DNA of 64,000 nt from a virus (lineage: Duplodnaviria; Caudoviricetes), in the IMG/VR virus record IMGVR_UViG_3300030376_006242; one strand, given 5' to 3'. Made by a program: the position numbers and the translations under genes. How positions within the stretch are numbered: the first letter of the stretch is position 1; every line of letters starts with the position of its first letter. This document shows positions 19,898 through 33,700 of this stretch, piece after piece. The notes beneath the pieces were generated by a model. That model did not search any database. It was not told the DNA's origin and worked only from the letters and a program-made list of their open reading frames with translations.

Positions 19898-22105
19898 CTA
19901 CGAAGTTAATGTTAGTGTTATTTCTCTATCAAATGTCCAACTACCGCCGTTGACACCAAATTGTAATAGTTTTCTTGTAGGAGCAAATGTTATCGTTCCT
20001 GTTACATTTGAAGCATTGGATACATCTTCAACCACTTGTTTATTCGCCGCACCCACAGTTGGAGTTCTTTGTACTGTACCAACTGTACACGTGGCACTTT
20101 GCCATCCTGCCGCAGATGTGTCTAAATCAATTGTGAAACTCACATAGTTTGGAGTTTCTGCTGGAAATTCTGCCGCCTGTATTGTGTAGTTGCCATCTAT
20201 ATTTGCTGTTACACCATTTACCACAGTTGTTCCTGATATTACAACTGCTTGAGCACCTTCATAGAAATGTGAAGCAGTTGTTGTAATTTTTGTTGTTGTA
20301 CCTAAATTAGGATCCTGAGCACCAAATGTTACACTTGCTATTGTTCTTGATTGAATAGTAATTGTTTGATCCACTTGCGTAAAGTTTTTCAATCCTGAGA
20401 AATCAATAGTTGGAATATTAAAACCTCCACCAGCACCGTAATCAACTGTTAATACTCTTGCTAAAGCACCATCAGTTCTTGCTGGAATCACACTGTTAGC
20501 AAATACACCTAATGGTGGTTCTGCAGAACCGCTACCATATCCTGCAACAGGATAAAGAGTTTCTAAAACTTCTCTCACGTTCAGATAATTGTTTCCTACA
20601 GAGTTTTGTGTAAATCCAGAAACATCTAATTGTAAACTAATAATTGTAGAACCATCTGCATATTCTTTTGTAGCAACATCTGAAGCATTGATTGGTGTGC
20701 CAACTCCTGTAATTCTTTTGTTACTTAAAACTTCAATTGCGGCTGTGTCTGAACTTAATTTTAATGACTGAGCATTTTGACTTGTAATAGTAGAACCATT
20801 TATGTTTACATCATCTACATCTAAATTTGCCAATGTACCTACTGATGTTAATGATGAATTAACAACTGAACCGCCTAGTGTGTCTTCAAGTAACACTGTA
20901 TTTGTATTAATTTTTATACCTCTACCTACAGCAAAATCTATATATTCAGAACTAGTCCAAGCATCTGTACCATTTGACCAAGCAAATGTTTTATCACCGT
21001 CAGCAGATTTTAAAGTTATACCACCACCATCTGCTCCAGCATCATTTGTTGTTACGCCTGCTCCTGTAATATTAAGTTCAATGTTTTTATCTTCTACTCT
21101 AAGATTTACTGTATCAACAGATGTAGTTGTTCCGCCAACAGTTAAATCTCCATCGATGTTTACATTTCCACCAACATCGAGTGTTGCTGTTGGAATCGCT
21201 TTGTAAATTCCAACTGATGATGTAGAAGTGTCAATTTTGAATGCTGAAACTTCAGCAGGTGTTCTTACTGTAATTTCAACATCTTGATTTGATAATTGAT
21301 TCGCTATTTGGAAAGCATTATTGCTAAATTGTAATTTTGTATTTTGATTTAATCCAATCGTCAAACCAGCATTATTTTGTATTGTTAATGCACCTGTTGT
21401 TAAATCATCGCTGTCTGCTACAAGATATTGGTCTGCTGTTCTCACAACACCATTACCATCTATTAAAGATTCAGCAATAGTTGAAGTTCCAGCATATTTG
21501 TAATCTGTGCCAACTGCATTGAAACCTTTTACTAAACTTCCTGTTGGATTAGCAGTAGTAACTAATTCTTGAATTCTAGCAGTTGAAACTGGAGTAAATG
21601 TTGCATTTGAGTGTACTCCAACAAGATTTCCACCTACAAACATTTTCACAACTGTTTGTGTAATATTTTGTGTGTCTAATACACTTGCTACTTGGTGACC
21701 TGATGTGCCTTGTGCTGTTGAATATTCAGGACCAACTAATTGTAATCTTACGCCATCAAAGAAATATAATTGACTTTTTGTGCTGTCAATCCAAAGATCG
21801 CCTGCAACCATGTTTGGTTGATTTTCAGCAACTGTTGTTCCACCAGATGAAGTAAATGCTGAACCGTTGTAAACTTTTAATCTATTTTCTGCTGTGTCAA
21901 ACCAAAGTTGTCCTCTAATTGGATTTATAGGAGCAGATGCGTTAGCAAAATTTTCTAATAATTGAATGAAGTTTTCATTTAATACTTCACCAAAGCCAGA
22001 ATAGTTTCTGCCTATTAATGTTAAGTCACTGGAAGTTGTGTCTAATTGACCATCAACTAGATCTACAAGTAAACTGCCATCAGTTTTATTCAATCTATAA
22101 CTCAT
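19898..22105 (-). CDS. Tail fibre/baseplate fibre protein
   Basis: Same N-terminal module; 'VEDKNIEL..ADGGGITL' fibre repeat; 'DVATKEYAD'. Confidence 0.7.
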   Translation of the reverse strand: MSYRLNKTDGSLLVDLVDGQLDTTSSDLTLIGRNYSGFGEVLNENFIQLLENFANASAPINPIRGQLWFDTAENRLKVYNGSAFTSSGGTTVAENQPNMVAGDLWIDSTKSQLYFFDGVRLQLVGPEYSTAQGTSGHQVASVLDTQNITQTVVKMFVGGNLVGVHSNATFTPVSTARIQELVTTANPTGSLVKGFNAVGTDYKYAGTSTIAESLIDGNGVVRTADQYLVADSDDLTTGALTIQNNAGLTIGLNQNTKLQFSNNAFQIANQLSNQDVEITVRTPAEVSAFKIDTSTSSVGIYKAIPTATLDVGGNVNIDGDLTVGGTTTSVDTVNLRVEDKNIELNITGAGVTTNDAGADGGGITLKSADGDKTFAWSNGTDAWTSSEYIDFAVGRGIKINTNTVLLEDTLGGSVVNSSLTSVGTLANLDVDDVNINGSTITSQNAQSLKLSSDTAAIEVLSNKRITGVGTPINASDVATKEYADGSTIISLQLDVSGFTQNSVGNNYLNVREVLETLYPVAGYGSGSAEPPLGVFANSVIPARTDGALARVLTVDYGAGGGFNIPTIDFSGLKNFTQVDQTITIQSRTIASVTFGAQDPNLGTTTKITTTASHFYEGAQAVVISGTTVVNGVTANIDGNYTIQAAEFPAETPNYVSFTIDLDTSAAGWQSATCTVGTVQRTPTVGAANKQVVEDVSNASNVTGTITFAPTRKLLQFGVNGGSWTFDREITLTLTS

Positions 22106-24129
22106 TATGCTCCTCCAGTATAAATTATGTGATTTAATGTTAGGTATGGATTCATTACATCCATTGCTTGTCCTATTGTGCCATCAATTCCACCTGAGTT
22201 AGGTAATTGTTGAGCACCAGCACTGTTAGATAAATCTGGACCACTTGTTGTAGTTACTTCTGGATCTGTAGAAGCACCTGCTATATTTCTTGAAGCAAAG
22301 AATTGATCTCCATTGTTTGCTCTTAAATCGTGTTCGTGATCTGGTAAATTTTCTTTTGCTATTATTTTCTTCTCGTCACCAGCACCTAAACCTAAACCAT
22401 CTGCTACTGGAGAAGTCACTCTGTCTGCTGAACCTTGTCCTAAACCTGGATTGCTCATGTTATCTTTACCTAAAGCAAATCTACCTCGTAAGTCTGGTAA
22501 TTTAAATACTGAAGAACTGCTTGGTGTTCCATATTGCGTTCCTATTGCTTGAAACAATTGATTGTACACTGATCTCTGGACTTCAGCACCATCACAGAAT
22601 AACCAATCTGTTGGAGCAGTTGCTCCAGCAAAAGCCATTATTGACGCAACAGGTGGAGTTGGTATAGCACCTGTAATTGTGCCAACTGTTGTTTTAAATA
22701 TTCCAGTAGTGCCTGTTGTTCTGTTTAAAATAATTTCATCACTCACTTGACTTGTTGTTGTAAGTGTTTGATTGCCAATAAACGAATTGCTTATTGTTGT
22801 GTTAAATGTTCTTGGTGTTCCTTCGTCTCCTTGGAAAGATACATCAGTTGCTGTAACATCACCGGTCATTCTAAATGTAGAAGCAGAAGATAATTTGTTT
22901 GCTTCATCAGTACTACTAGCAGTACCTGTAACATTTCCTACAATAGTTCCTGCGTTTAAATTATTTGCGTATACAGTGTTGTATCTTTTTGTATTAGAAC
23001 CAATGTCAAAAGTAATATCTTGTGTTGGCAAAATTGATTGTGCTGTTATGTTGCCAGCAAACGTACCTGCTCCACCAACATTTACATCTTGAGCAACACC
23101 TAATCCACCTTTGGATACTAAAGCGCCTGATCCAATATTAGTTGAAGGTGCTGTGCTGTTACTTGTGATTGATCCAGATGATAAAATATTTCCTGTTACG
23201 TCTAATGCTTCATTTGGATTTGTTTTATTAATACCAACTTGCTGTTGTGAACTTATTCTCATCACAGTTGATACTGAACCACCACTGTTCAATCTAAAAT
23301 CTATTTCTTCATCTTGTGTTCCTAATTGAATTATACCTGCTTGATTTTCCACAAACATTTTAAATGTTCCAGCGGCACCTACTTCTATACCATCATCTGT
23401 TTTAACTTTAATTGGAAAATCCGTTAATGATGTTGTGTCTGATCTTAAAAAGTTTCCTGCGGCAACTGTTGTGTTACCAACAACTAATGATTCTGCTTTT
23501 TCAGATGTTCCATAAAGTTTGTTTACATCAGAACCAAAATTTGTTGAACTTAAATTTACTCCTGGATTTAATGCTGAAAATCCTGGAATAGTAATTTTAG
23601 GTGTGAATGAATTTTTTGAAATAATGGCAACTGTTTGTGCTTCAACTTCTAATTTTACAATGCTGTATGATAAATCGTCTGTGCCGATAATAGTTTCTGG
23701 AGTTGCTCCAGTTTTTAAACCTTGACTGTATTGTGGACCAATTAGTACCCAACCTGAACCTGTGAACAAATATAATTGTTGAGCATTTGTGTCTACCCAT
23801 AAGTCACCTGAAATACTTTCAGACGCACTTGGTTGGTTAATTGCTTTTTTCAATCCACCTGACGCTACCCAGTTTGCTCCATCATAAACTTTTAGTTGAT
23901 TAACTCCAGCAGAAGTATCAAACCAAAGTTGACCTTCAATCGGTCTCAGTGGTGCTGAACTGTTAGCAAAATTTTCTAATAAATGTAAAAAGTTTTCAGA
24001 TATTACTGTTCCATATGACGTTGTATTTTTACCTGGAAAATTAACACTGGTTTCGTTGTTAACCGTGTTGTCTTCTATCGTAATAGTGCCTTTGTTTACA
24101 GCATCCGTAAAACTTATAATGTATGCCAT
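22105..24129 (-). CDS. Tail fibre protein with tail-collar domain (gp12-like)
   Basis: Collar motif 'IMAFAGATAPTDWLFCDG...LFQAIGTQYG...FKLPDLRGRF' and terminal 'MNPYLTLNHII'. Confidence 0.8.
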   Translation of the reverse strand: MAYIISFTDAVNKGTITIEDNTVNNETSVNFPGKNTTSYGTVISENFLHLLENFANSSAPLRPIEGQLWFDTSAGVNQLKVYDGANWVASGGLKKAINQPSASESISGDLWVDTNAQQLYLFTGSGWVLIGPQYSQGLKTGATPETIIGTDDLSYSIVKLEVEAQTVAIISKNSFTPKITIPGFSALNPGVNLSSTNFGSDVNKLYGTSEKAESLVVGNTTVAAGNFLRSDTTSLTDFPIKVKTDDGIEVGAAGTFKMFVENQAGIIQLGTQDEEIDFRLNSGGSVSTVMRISSQQQVGINKTNPNEALDVTGNILSSGSITSNSTAPSTNIGSGALVSKGGLGVAQDVNVGGAGTFAGNITAQSILPTQDITFDIGSNTKRYNTVYANNLNAGTIVGNVTGTASSTDEANKLSSASTFRMTGDVTATDVSFQGDEGTPRTFNTTISNSFIGNQTLTTTSQVSDEIILNRTTGTTGIFKTTVGTITGAIPTPPVASIMAFAGATAPTDWLFCDGAEVQRSVYNQLFQAIGTQYGTPSSSSVFKLPDLRGRFALGKDNMSNPGLGQGSADRVTSPVADGLGLGAGDEKKIIAKENLPDHEHDLRANNGDQFFASRNIAGASTDPEVTTTSGPDLSNSAGAQQLPNSGGIDGTIGQAMDVMNPYLTLNHIIYTGGA

Positions 24130-24132
24130 TTA

Positions 24133-24744
24133 TTACCCTTCGTTAAAACCTGTCAAACTTTGAACTCTGACTGTGTAATCAATCTGTATTAATCTGTTTA
24201 AACTTTTTTGTACAGGATGGAAAATTACGTGTGTTAAAAGTTTGCCTGCGCCTGATGGTGCATAACTCACTAATCCTAATTCATCAAATACATAAAGACT
24301 GTCTGATGCACTTGCGCCATCAACAGCGTCCTGTCCATTTGGTTCACCATAATCTAAAAGACAAGTAACAACAACATCTGTATAGTTTGTTCCGTTAATG
24401 TGTCTTGTTTCTATTTTGTTTCTTTGTGGATCTAGGTTTGATACTGATCTATCATCAACAATTTTTGTGTAAGTTTGATTGTAAAGTGTAGCATTTGTAC
24501 CTGTACTGTTTGGAGTAAGGTATGTAATAATTCCTGTTGGGTCAACGCTTGTTCCACCATTACCAAAAGACATTGAATTTATGAAACCTTGACCTTGATT
24601 GGCAACACTTTCTGCTAAAGCAACACTCATATTTTCATAATGAATTGCGTTGCGTTTATCAACAAAAACCTTGTCTGATTCTGGATCGTGGATTTTAATA
24701 TGTCCTTGTATCAATACACCACTATTCTCTTTAATTTTGCTCAT
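24133..24744 (-). CDS. Baseplate/virion structural protein
   Basis: 'VDKRNAIH', 'FDELGL', 'LLTHVIFHPVQKSLNR..I.YT'; lies in the baseplate module. Confidence 0.6.
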   Translation of the reverse strand: MSKIKENSGVLIQGHIKIHDPESDKVFVDKRNAIHYENMSVALAESVANQGQGFINSMSFGNGGTSVDPTGIITYLTPNSTGTNATLYNQTYTKIVDDRSVSNLDPQRNKIETRHINGTNYTDVVVTCLLDYGEPNGQDAVDGASASDSLYVFDELGLVSYAPSGAGKLLTHVIFHPVQKSLNRLIQIDYTVRVQSLTGFNEG

Positions 24745-24768
24745 TTTTGCTCCGTTCTACCATTGTAT

Positions 24769-27700
24769 TTATTGCGGCACAGCCACTTCTTTTTGACGTA
24801 TGAATCTTGCGATGTCATTTTCTGTCTGACTCAGTGGATCTGTTCCTGTTTGCCATATTTTACCTTGTTTTCTAACCAGCAAAATTTGGGCATTTTCGGC
24901 TGGTGTGTTAGTAAATGTTATCACCGCAGTTGTGCCTGTAACACTGAATTCAGCAGGCACAGTGCTATCTGCTTCAGGACTATCTTGTCCTAGTGCAGGA
25001 TCATACACACTAATACTATTTTTTCTCAATCTTTTGCCACCTACAAATAATTCAAATTCATTTGCTGTTTTAGGTGTAAAGCCAATGTTTAATGTATTGT
25101 TTACCACATCAGCACCTGTATACGTTTCAGATATGAAATTATCTTTGTATGGTACATTTTGGAACGCACTCTGATCGTGAACATCTGTGTTGGCATGATG
25201 TATTTCTGCTATACCAGTACCAAATGTTCCACGTCTCAACTGTTGAAGTTTGTTGCCATCTTTTTTGTAGTATTCAATTCTTTCAGAATCAATAAACACT
25301 ATACCTGGAAGTTGCGAAGCAACACTAGGTTCTGTGATGCCTGTGGCATCAATTAATGTAATTTCTTTATCATTCCAACTTAAATTTTCTGCTAAAGTGT
25401 ATTGTCTGTCATTACCTAAACGTTTGAAGTGTGTTCTGTTCATCAAATCTTTAAATTGTCTGTACGCAAATTTTCCTATGAATGAAGGTGCTGTAAAGTG
25501 TATTACATCTATTTCATCATTCTGCGATAGTGTTCTGCTTATTTTTAAGAACATTTGATTGTTAGACACAGTGTAGTCTATGCTAGGTGCTAACCACTCG
25601 CCATTTAAACATACCCAAACATATTGAGCATCAACTGCCGGACGGTTTAATTTTACAACACCGCTAGTCAATTGATTGTATTGGAAATAATCATCTGTGT
25701 TCACAGTAACAGTTAATTTTGCCACGACATCATATTGTGTTCTATCTATGTCTTGTACGTCATGTTTACTGAACTGGTAAGCAGTAATTGTGCTTGATTG
25801 TGCTGGAGCAGAAGTAAAAGTAATTAATCCTGTATCACTCACACTGTATTCTCCATTTTCAATGTACACATCTAATATATCACCAATCTCTCCTACACCT
25901 GACGTAAGTGTAACACTTGAAGTTCCTGGATTCCATCTGTATTCTGCTGAAGTTAATTCTGTTTTGTTTAAGAATGCTCTTACATCAGAAGCATTTATTA
26001 ATCCTGGAAGCACTTGCCAATTTTTAAATTCATATTCTCTCAATGTGCTAACTGTGAATTTTCTATGGAATCCGCTTCTTAACACGTCATTACCAACTTT
26101 TACAATTACATTGTTAGTAAATGGTTTTTGACTGAACGGAGTTTGGTTCATTTGATAAGTTGTTGTACTTCCATCACCTGTGAATATGTCTTGTGTAACT
26201 TCGCTAAATGATTGTGAAGCACTAGCATACACCACAATGTTTATGTAACTGTTTGATGTTGGAGCAGTGTTAAATCTTATTGCTACTCTATTAGGAACAG
26301 CATAAGATGAATCTGTTTCTATCACAGTGTATGCGGATTCTTCACCATCTACACGCACAAAAGTTTGTATATTGCCTTGTGTAAATTTGGCTCTTGTTAC
26401 AAATTCAACTGTGCTACCATCACCTTTAAATGTATCAGTGTCAAGTATTGCCTCACCGTTGTTTCCCATTGTAATAAAATTAATTTTTGCTCCAGTAGTA
26501 GGCGCTGGTGTTATTTCGATAAATTTATCCTGGTAATCAACTGTGTATTGATTTGAATTATATAAAATATTATCAACACTTAAGAATATAGCAGTATTGC
26601 TTTGTGGCGCATCAACGAAACTAAACTGTGTTGTTGCTCCGTCACCTAAATAATTGTAACTATTAATTTTACTGCCTGTGTTTTGTCCTCTGTCATACAC
26701 TTGAATGTCTAATGTGTCTAAAACTTGTCCTGGTACAAATTCTTCTGGACCTTTAGCAGATGTTTCTGTTACAAATCCATCACCATCTATGTTTATGTCT
26801 TCAGCATTTATACCTTGTGCTGTTGAGTATGCTAAATCTCCACCTTTTACAAGTGTGTCAACTGCATTTGGATCTGGCAAGTAAGCGCCATCACTTGTAG
26901 ATTTTCTAACAATTATTTCGTCTTTATCTCCTGTTTCTATAGCACTGACGTCTACAGTGTTAGTGCTTCCGTCACCTTGTAGTGATGCCATCACAGCATT
27001 TGTATTTGTAACAGGATTTCCTGTGCCAAAGTTTGGATCATCCATTCTTTTTATTCTAGCCCATTGATCTTTGCCAAGATTATCTTTGCCAAGGTACATT
27101 TTGTGATACACATGATATTCAACACCTTGTTCTAATGGTTTAGAAAGATTTAATGTAAGAGTACTGCCATCTAAATAAAATTCTTGGTCTTCATAAGTTT
27201 CATCAAAGGTATCCCATTCACCCTGCATATAAGGTTCATTACCCCAACCTACAGTATCTTCAAGTCCAATACTTCGTACTTCAACTCCACCATAATCTAT
27301 TCCGTCTATTACCTGAGCAAGTTCCTTGCCTGGCATTCCAGCAGTTGGTTGATACAATTCAAACCTATCAGCAGTGTTTAAAACGTCTTCATTTATTTTG
27401 TAACTGATAGAAACACTAGATAAATTTGCTGGCGGTAAATTAAATTGTATGAAACCTGTTTGTCTTGTGTAAGTTTTTGTGTTATCTGTTTCATTGCCAT
27501 ATGTAAATGTGCTTTTCAATTGTTTTTTGCCTGCCACAAGTATACTGATTGTGTTTGTTCTTACATCCATAGGCCATTTTAATTTAAATTTAATTTGGCT
27601 GTTGTTGCCTGTAAACGTTTCTGTTCTGTTAAGGTTTGTAATAAAAGAATCACCAGTATTTCTGTCAAATTTGATTCCTATATGACTTGTTTTTGTTAAA

Positions 27701-30700
27701 CTTTCGCCTAACACTGCACTTGCTTTTGCTTGTACACCAGTTGTAGAACCACTTAAAATAATTGTTGGTGATGATATGTAACCTGAACCGCCTGCTGTAA
27801 CATTAATTCTATATACAACTCCATTTTTAATGTATGCTGTGGCTTTAGCACCTGAACCACCACCGCCTGTTATTTCAACAGCAGGTGGATTTGTGTATGC
27901 TGTGCCACCATCTGCTATATTAATGCCAGTAATTTTGAATCCAATGTTATCTTTCCAATTTTTATCTGGATAAGTTGTAATGCCATCAGCACCTACAAGT
28001 TGATCATTGTTAATAGTAACTTTTGATGGTGTAATTATTCCATTAACATATCTTGGTGGATAGTCAAAATCAGTTATTACAGAATTTGTTGGTTCTAATT
28101 TTTCATATGAACTTACATACTCTCTAATTTTAGATTTGTATGGTTTAATTTCTTGAACATAATCTTCATAATTAGATAGATTGTCATTTTTAAATGTAAT
28201 TTTTTGTTCTAATTGACCAACATTGTGTTGTGCCTTAACAAAACTTGTTTTGAACACAAAGTCATTAAGTTTATTTTCAGATAAAGCATATTGAATACTA
28301 GAGAAATAAAGTTTATTATATTCTATTGCTAATTCTTCAACAAATATTTTGTCTCTAATTGTTTCTAATACAACTCTTGTTTCTTGTATAGGCTGTCTAT
28401 CATACAATTGAATGTCAAAACTGTTGGAATCAAATCCAACATTTCCACTGTACACGTAAAGTTTATCTGAAAACTGTATCGTTCCATTTTGTCTACCAAT
28501 AGTTTTGTAATTTACAGTGTAATCAACATCTGCTTGATCATCAATTTTCTCAAGTAGTAACCATCCGCCTGAACCAATGTTTTCAATTTTAACAATTTGT
28601 CCTATGCTGTCTTCTAAAGAGTTAATTAGATAACTTTGAGATATCACATGGTCTATTGCAGTGTATGAATTATAGTTTGTAGCATACCAATCAGCATACT
28701 CCCAATACAAGTTCACATTGAATGATTGTATTTTAGTTTTTTGCCAACCATCACCTGTAACATATCCATATATTGCCCATTTACCATCGACTGTGCTGTC
28801 ATTGTTTACTAACACACTAAATGGACGTACTTCAATAGTAGCATTGTTGCTGTAATTTTTCCCTGATTTCAATACTTTAGCACTGTTAATTGATCCATTT
28901 GTATCAATTGTTAAGCCTATTAATGCACCTTCACCTGTAAGACTTTTAATTTTAACAGTTGGAATAGATTTATATCCTTTACCTGCATCTGTGACAACTA
29001 CATTTGAAATTTTTCCATCTGTAATTGTTATATTTAGAAACGCAGGTTTGACTGAACCAATTCCTACAAAATCTAATTCTTGTTCTGTATCGATTGTAGT
29101 ATCAAACAGACCTGAATTAATTAATGGAGCAGGATCAGATTGTATTAAATTGCTTAAATCTACTTCATCAACAATTAAATTTGTTTTCAATGAAGTGTTA
29201 ACTCTTTCAATTACTTGTTTTAATGCTTCTTGTTTGTCTGCAAACCAACTTTGTCTTGGGTTTTGAAGTGTTCCATATTTTAATTTGTCACTTAAATTTG
29301 GATCAGGGATCTGATTAGACTGAGCATCATATCCAATTAAACTGTTGAACCATACAGTTTCTATATCTTTCGGTAATGTGCTTGTAGCACTGCCTTCTGT
29401 TATTAAAGCATATTCTTTGTGAACGTTATTGTTAGAATCTACATTGTTTATTCTAAAATTAATCACAGTATCATTTGCTTCAATAAAAGAGTCGCAATTT
29501 ACAATAGCAAATTTGTTCTCGCCGAATACTGAAACGTATTTGTATCCTTGTCCACGAGGATCTTTGATCAATTTTTCAACTGCATTCGCACTTAATAATC
29601 TATTTTCTATTTCTGGAGTAGTTGTTTTACTTTTTACCCAGTAATAATATCTATTATTAAACTTGCCTGCAACTTTGTCATAAATTCTTTTCGTAACAAA
29701 GTTGGTTGTGTTTTCTACTGTTCCCGTTATACCCAGTGCAGAGCCATCTTCTGATTGACTAATAGCATTGTATTGTGTAGGTGTGTATGAAGATTCACTC
29801 CATTCATGTACATCTATACTAGCACCAACAAATAATTTGTTCCAATATGAATTGTTAAAAATAATATTGTCCAAATAAGGATAGTAGTATTTCGCTTTGC
29901 TTATATTCCACCATAATTTACCAACTTGACTTTCATCCCAGTGATTTGTTTTATCTACTGTTCCTACTGCTGAATCATTGTTGTATACTGCTGGGTCATA
30001 GTTTGTTTTGTAACTAATTTCCGCTTCTGCTGGTCCAGGAATTTTTCCAGTTATTGGATCAACAAAATCTAATCTAGTTAATAATTTGTTTTTTGATTTA
30101 CTGTATAAGAATATTCCTTGTACTTTAGATAAATCTGGTTGTGCTACTCCTCCAACACTTTGATGTAAACTTGTCCAGTTGTTTTGTTCTGGAGATTTTC
30201 TAAAGTTAACGACTGTGCCCTTTTCTTTTCCAGCCAATTGTAATTTAGGTAATCCAATGTAAACGTGATTATTGTTTACTAGTAAGTTTGTTCCAAACTC
30301 TGTGAATGTTTCATCATAACTGAATTTTTCTGCGTACAATAAAGTGTTTTCAAATTTTTCAAATATGTGTACTGAACCAACATCATGTCTAGTATCAAAC
30401 ACTGTCGAACCGTCATCAACTTGTTGATCGCCTTTAAATGATGTTACTGCTAAAGTATCACCGCTAAATGATAATGTTGACCCAAACTGTTCTGAAGTTT
30501 CCATGCTTGGACTTACTAATGTTTGATTTAATACATATTGTCCAGAGTCATTGTTTACTTTTTTGTATACATTGACAACACCCATGTCAATTTCTGTCAA
30601 ATCTTTCAGTGGTGATCCAATAGCAATTAATTCACCGTCTCCAGATATGCTGATATCAGCACCAAAGTTTATAATTGGTGTAGAATCATCTAATGGTGTA

Positions 30701-33700
30701 ATAGTCTGTTTGTAAGTGTAATGCCCATCTGTGTTTCTGTACACAACGACATTTTGTCTATCATCGCCATATTCATTTGTAACAACTAGATTTACACCAT
30801 TTGTATCAACATCAAATGTTTTAGCAAAACGTATTAAATTGCTTTGGTCTAATGTTGAGTCGCCTTGTAATTCTATGCCACTATCGTTAGGCACATATCC
30901 TAATACATCTGTATGTGTGTCTTGTAGTTGCCATAAACTTGTTTGAAATGCACCTGCACTTATGTTTGTGCTGGCTTTGTACAATTGATTATTGTATACA
31001 ACTAATTCATCTTTAATGTAATCTGCTTGATCATCAAATAGACCCATGTATTTTTCATCTATGCCTAACCACCAATTTTTAGTAGCACTATATTTTATAA
31101 AGTAAACTTTACCTGGTAAATTACTTGATCCATCTCCTTCAGCACCTATAAATGCCACAGTTGTATCTGCCACTTCACGTATTTGTATTCTGTTTCCTAA
31201 TCTTAAACCACTTTGTGTGTCTGGTACTGTGTATGCTGAATTGTATTCAAATATTCCATCAGTATTTTTCTTATAAACTAAAAATGCACCTTGATTAGTT
31301 AATCCGCTTTGTACACCTTCGCCAACTGGAATATTGTAAACTTGTACATAGTCTTTATTTTGACTGCTAGGAATATTTGCACTTTGACTTATACCTGGAA
31401 CATTTTCAAACTCGTCCCAAATCCAATATTCAATATCATTTACTGCGTAAAAATTTTGATTTCCAGTTACTGAAATGTTTTGTGTATGATTAAAAACTAA
31501 AATATCTCCATCTGCTGGACCTGATTGAACTGTTTGCTCAATTGATCCTAGGCTTCTGTTTACGCCACCACCTAGTCTTGTTAATGTAGATGATACTCCA
31601 GCATCAGAACCTAAACTAAATTGTTTGCCGTTTGAATTGTTAAAGTAAATTCTTATTTTTTCTAAAGCAATAAATTGTACAAAAGTTACGTCAGCCTGTG
31701 CCTGTGTGCTTGGATCGTATATTTGGTGTACGCCTGCTTCTGGAAAATAATAATTAGCATTATTATCTGGTTGCGAATCTACATCAACATATCCTTCCCA
31801 AACGTCTACAACTTCTTTCAAACCATTTGTGTCAGAAGCACTAATACTTAGGTCAGAAAAATCATAAGCACTCGAATCAACATTGTTGAAATATACACTT
31901 ATGTTATTACTTGAATTACTTGTATTTAAAGTACTGTCATGAGCAATGTCATAACCTGTTCTCACAAACCATTTGTTGCTTAAAATATTTTGACCACTTA
32001 CTTCCCACGTATTGTTGGCAGGATTAATTTTGTAAGTTTCGTAATGAGAACCAACACCAAATTGTGCTTTCACTAAAGGTGTTTGTGGAGTGATTGGCAC
32101 TATAGGTTGTTCCAAAGAACTGAAAAATGAATTGGTGTCTCTAACTTCATTTTGTACTTTTATGTCTCTTACAACAACACTTGTTGATATGTCGGAGCCT
32201 GCGTTTGTGCTTACATTGGCACCAACGGCTACTTTCCACCATCCGCCTAAGTAGTTGTAATCTTCTGAATTTACTCTTGTGTAATCTCCCACTGGTTGTA
32301 AATCTAAAAATAATGTTGCACTTGCTTCAAATACACCGCTCACATCTTTTAAGTATATCAATGACTTAGACGCAACTTTTCTTATGTACGCAACTGTTCC
32401 TTCTGCTGTGCCTGTAATTACAGTTTGTCCAACTGCTGGGTCTACAAGTGTGTTAGAAATTTCTAATATTTCATCAATTTTTTCTTGAATTGGTACGTCT
32501 GTTCCACTAAAGACATTGTCTTTTATAGTTGGACTTGAAACTCCTCCAAACGGTTGATTAGGTGCTTTAGAATAATTGCTTCTATCTAAAGGATATTCTG
32601 AACTGAAATCTAAATAATTTAAAATTAATCTGTCGCCTATTTTAGTTGCTGAATATTGATCAGCAGATGCTCTAATTAGCAAGTGATCAGTTGTCTTGTT
32701 TAAGAAAATACTGTCACCAATTAAAAGATTAGTTGTTTGAAAACCTACATTTTCTTTATAAAATGCACTTGAATCAAATGTTGAAAATAAGTCTTGTGCT
32801 ACTGCCCCTTCTATTTGATTTACTGCTCTCCATAATTGTTGTTTGTATTGAACAATATTTCCAACATTGTAGTTTGAAGTTGGATTGAATACGCCTTTGT
32901 ATTCTGTTTGAAGATTGTCGGCAGTAGGAGCACCTACTAACACAAATTTTCCATCTGGCGAAATATCTACTCCTTTACCAAAACTACTGTTAGGTCCAAA
33001 TATATCTAAGTTTATTAATGGATCAGTAGTTGGTGCTTCTATAATTTGTTTTAAAACTAATGTGCCACTTTCAAAACCTCTGTTGAAAACATATATCTTG
33101 CCATCACCATCTGTTGGTTGGCTTACCAACACTGTTGTGTTTTGTTTGTTAGCCGCAATTACTGTTCCAAAACTTGAATCTCCAGATTCTGTAGTTGTGC
33201 TTAATTCATTGTGTTTCTTGAAAACAAATTTGTTGTTTACAATTTTCCATGTGCCATCATCTGATTGATCAATCCAGAATTTTTCGTTGTCCTTCAATCC
33301 TTTGACATTTATAGTTGTGTTAATATCATTTATAGAACTTAATCTAGATTCAGTAAATCTTTTAATAATGCCCGTAGCAGGATCAATTGAAACAAATCCT
33401 TCTTTGTCTTCACATACAATAGATGTTAAATTCACAGAAGAACATTTTAATACATAATCTGTTCCATTCGCATTTACAACAAAAATTTCACCTGCCTGCA
33501 TATTAGCAGTTGTAAGTGTGTTTACAGTGATCGTGCTACCATCTTTAATCACAGATGTAATCTGTTGATCTGTGTTAGTATATTTCAAGACACTCCACGT
33601 TCCTTGATTGTTTCCAATCCATACATATTGATTTTCCTGTAATGTTGATAGACTTGACGTAGTTAATAAGTCATCATAATCTGCTAAAGTTAAAGTAATA

